From positions 1 to 11,660 of the forward strand of contig NW_021826932.1 in assembly GCF_006345805.1 (NCBI RefSeq): a stretch of 11,660 nt of DNA. Direction: 5' to 3'. The DNA is from Octopus sinensis (lineage: Eukaryota). The notes under the pieces are model-generated. The model saw only the letters and a list, made by a program, of their open reading frames with translations, was not told the origin of the DNA and made no database searches. This document shows, piece by piece, positions 9,713-11,660 of the stretch; the stretch's first letter is position 1; every line of letters begins with the position of its first letter. The position numbers and the translations under genes were made by a program.

Positions 9713-9814
9713 TCTTTTACTGATGAAGTGTAACCTATGGTAGATTGGCTTAATTTAATTTAATTAAGCTAATTTAATCATTAATGACACAGAAACGTTG
9801 CAACGTCTAAAAGA
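9713..9814 (+). ncRNA. Type I hammerhead ribozyme motif (HHR-D copy)
   Basis: Stem I tctttta 9713-9719 / taaaaga 9808-9814. CTGATGA 9720-9726. Stem II gtgt/acac enclosing a 12-bp hairpin 9744-9755 / 9762-9773. GAAA 9792-9795. Palindromic cgttgcaacg. GUC triplet, predicted cut after 9807. Confidence 0.85.
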
Positions 9815-10184
9815 TGAATTAGGGTAAATGTTTTTTAAATTTTCACCTAATTTCTGAATTACTATTACTTGGCGGTGTGAGTTATGGCTGCTCTTTCTGG
9901 TGGACGAGTGACCTGTTGGGGTCACTCCTAAATTGTTATATTTATATATTTAGTCGATGACTATTTTCTCTTTTCCATCAGGCCGCTGGTAGCGATAGAT
10001 TTCTATTGAATTTTTTGCTATCCTATATTGACTAATTGATAATTTCTGAATAATTCTGAGATTGAATCGGCAGTTATATTTACTGTTGATAAGTTTGGCG
10101 CGAATACGTCAGTCTTGAAAATTTTAGTCAGATATCCCGTAGGCATCGATACAGACGCCTAGTGTATATTTGTGTCTCTCCCAG

Positions 10185-10284
10185 TCTTTACTGATGAAGT
10201 GTAACCTATGGTAGATTGGCTTAATTTAATTAATTAAGCTAATTTAATCATTAATGACACAGAAACGTTGCAACGTCTAAAAGA
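10185..10284 (+). ncRNA. Type I hammerhead ribozyme motif (HHR-D copy)
   Basis: CTGATGA 10191-10197 and GAAACGTTGCAACGTC 10262-10277. Cut site is 470 nt from the previous copy. Confidence 0.83.
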
Positions 10285-10511
10285 TGAATTAGGGTAAATG
10301 TTTTTAAATTTTCACCTAATTTCTGAATTACTATTACTTGGCGGTGTGAGTTATGGCTGCTCTTTCTGGTGGACGAGTGACCTGTTGGGGTCACTCCTAA
10401 ATTGTTATATTTATATATTTAGTCGATGACTATTTTCTCTTTTCCATCAGGCCGCTGGTAGCGATAGATTTCTATTGAATTTTTTTGCTACCCTATATTG
10501 ACTAATTGAAA

Positions 10512-10595
10512 ATATTATATATATATATATATATATATAAATATATATATATATATGTATATATACATACATACGCATACACACAAATATATATG
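10512..10595. repeat. (TA)n-rich microsatellite
   Basis: Direct repeat. Confidence 0.9.
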
Positions 10596-10740
10596 TAATT
10601 ATGTCTCGTATATATATCTACTAACATATTAATGGATGGATAATTTTTAATGTGTTTAGAGAGCTAGATAGATAGAAATATCGATCGTTTGATAAATAGA
10701 TATAGTGGTAGATAGGTGAACAGACTGACTTAGAGTTTGC

Positions 10741-10807
10741 TAGATAGATAGGAAGATAGATAGATAGATAGGTATATAGATAGATTGATAGATAGATATA
10801 TAGATAG

Positions 10808-10838
<31 letters not shown>

Positions 10839-10903
10839 GATACACAGATAGATAGATAGATATACAGATAGATAGATAGATATATAGATAGATAGAAAGA
10901 TAA

Positions 10904-10987
<84 letters not shown>
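10741..10987. repeat. (GATA)n microsatellite
   Basis: Tetranucleotide repeat, imperfect at left. Confidence 0.96.
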
Positions 10988-10988
<1 letters not shown>

Positions 10989-11582
10989 AAGATCGATTGA
11001 TTTGATAGTTTCATTCACGTTATATATTTTGCTTCGAAATTTTGGCTCGTGGTCATAAATGTCAGGAAGTTGTAGTTCGATTCCTTACAGTCCAGTGATG
11101 AGCAGGTTCTGAATTCATGGACCTTGAAAGATAAAACACAAGCGACTATACGCGGAATTTGATCATTTTCTTGAAATATTCAGTATTGTAGATGACAATT
11201 ATAAAAGCCCCCAGAAAGGTTGTGCGATAGATATGTTGCAAAATAGAAAGCAATGAATTTGTCAATTACTATACGTAGCAAAGACATAGGATTACAAAAA
11301 TGAAAGGTAGTTTACAAGTCAATAATGAATTGTGTTCCATGTTGTAAGATAGAGATTGACATTTCTTGCTGAAATATTTTACATAGAAAGGCCTTATATA
11401 TGTACGTCTGCCGCTTTTGTGTGCATACATAAATGAACATGTATGAATGCATCGCTTCATGTGTATATTCGAATGTGCTTATATATACACACACACACAT
11501 ATATGTGTGTCTGTGTATTTATTTCTGGACGTAGTTTTTCCTCTCTAGATTCAGCTCAGAGCTGCGTCCATGATGATGCACC

Positions 11583-11660
11583 ATATATACATACATACAT
11601 ACACATATACATTCATACATACATATATACATACATACATACATACATACATACATACAT
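11583..11660. repeat. (TACA)n microsatellite
   Basis: Direct repeat running to the window end. Confidence 0.93.

Larger units (their letters stand above)
9430..10509 (+). repeat. ~470-bp HHR unit array, right block, ~2.3 copies
   Basis: ctcctaaattgttata recurs at 9450, 9925 and 10394. Near-identical units with no ORF in the track. Confidence 0.92.

Noticed and set aside
11095-11165. Weak resemblance to a SINE fragment (gaccttgaaagataaaa..gcggaatttga)
   Set aside because: Too degenerate to support without a search.

Overview
AT-rich, microsatellite-saturated eukaryotic DNA. The SINE and repeat families resemble octopus/cephalopod repeats; this is recognition from memory, not a search. Almost all supplied ORFs are artefacts of (TA)n, (CA)n or (TATC)n tracts. 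The window holds three 3' fragments of CR1/L2-group-like LINEs, SINE relics, a truncated mariner, and a probable promoter with first coding exon (6109-6252) of a type II membrane protein. The main signal is a cluster of type I hammerhead ribozyme (HHR) motifs: 8 complete copies in 4 sequence types. Two types sit in ORF-less tandem arrays of about 440 bp (3132-4291) and about 470 bp (8771-10509, with an internal inversion). These arrays look like non-LTR retrozymes or Penelope-type pseudo-LTR arrays. All four types have self-complementary stem III, three have long stem II insertions, and the elements abut (TA)n tracts.
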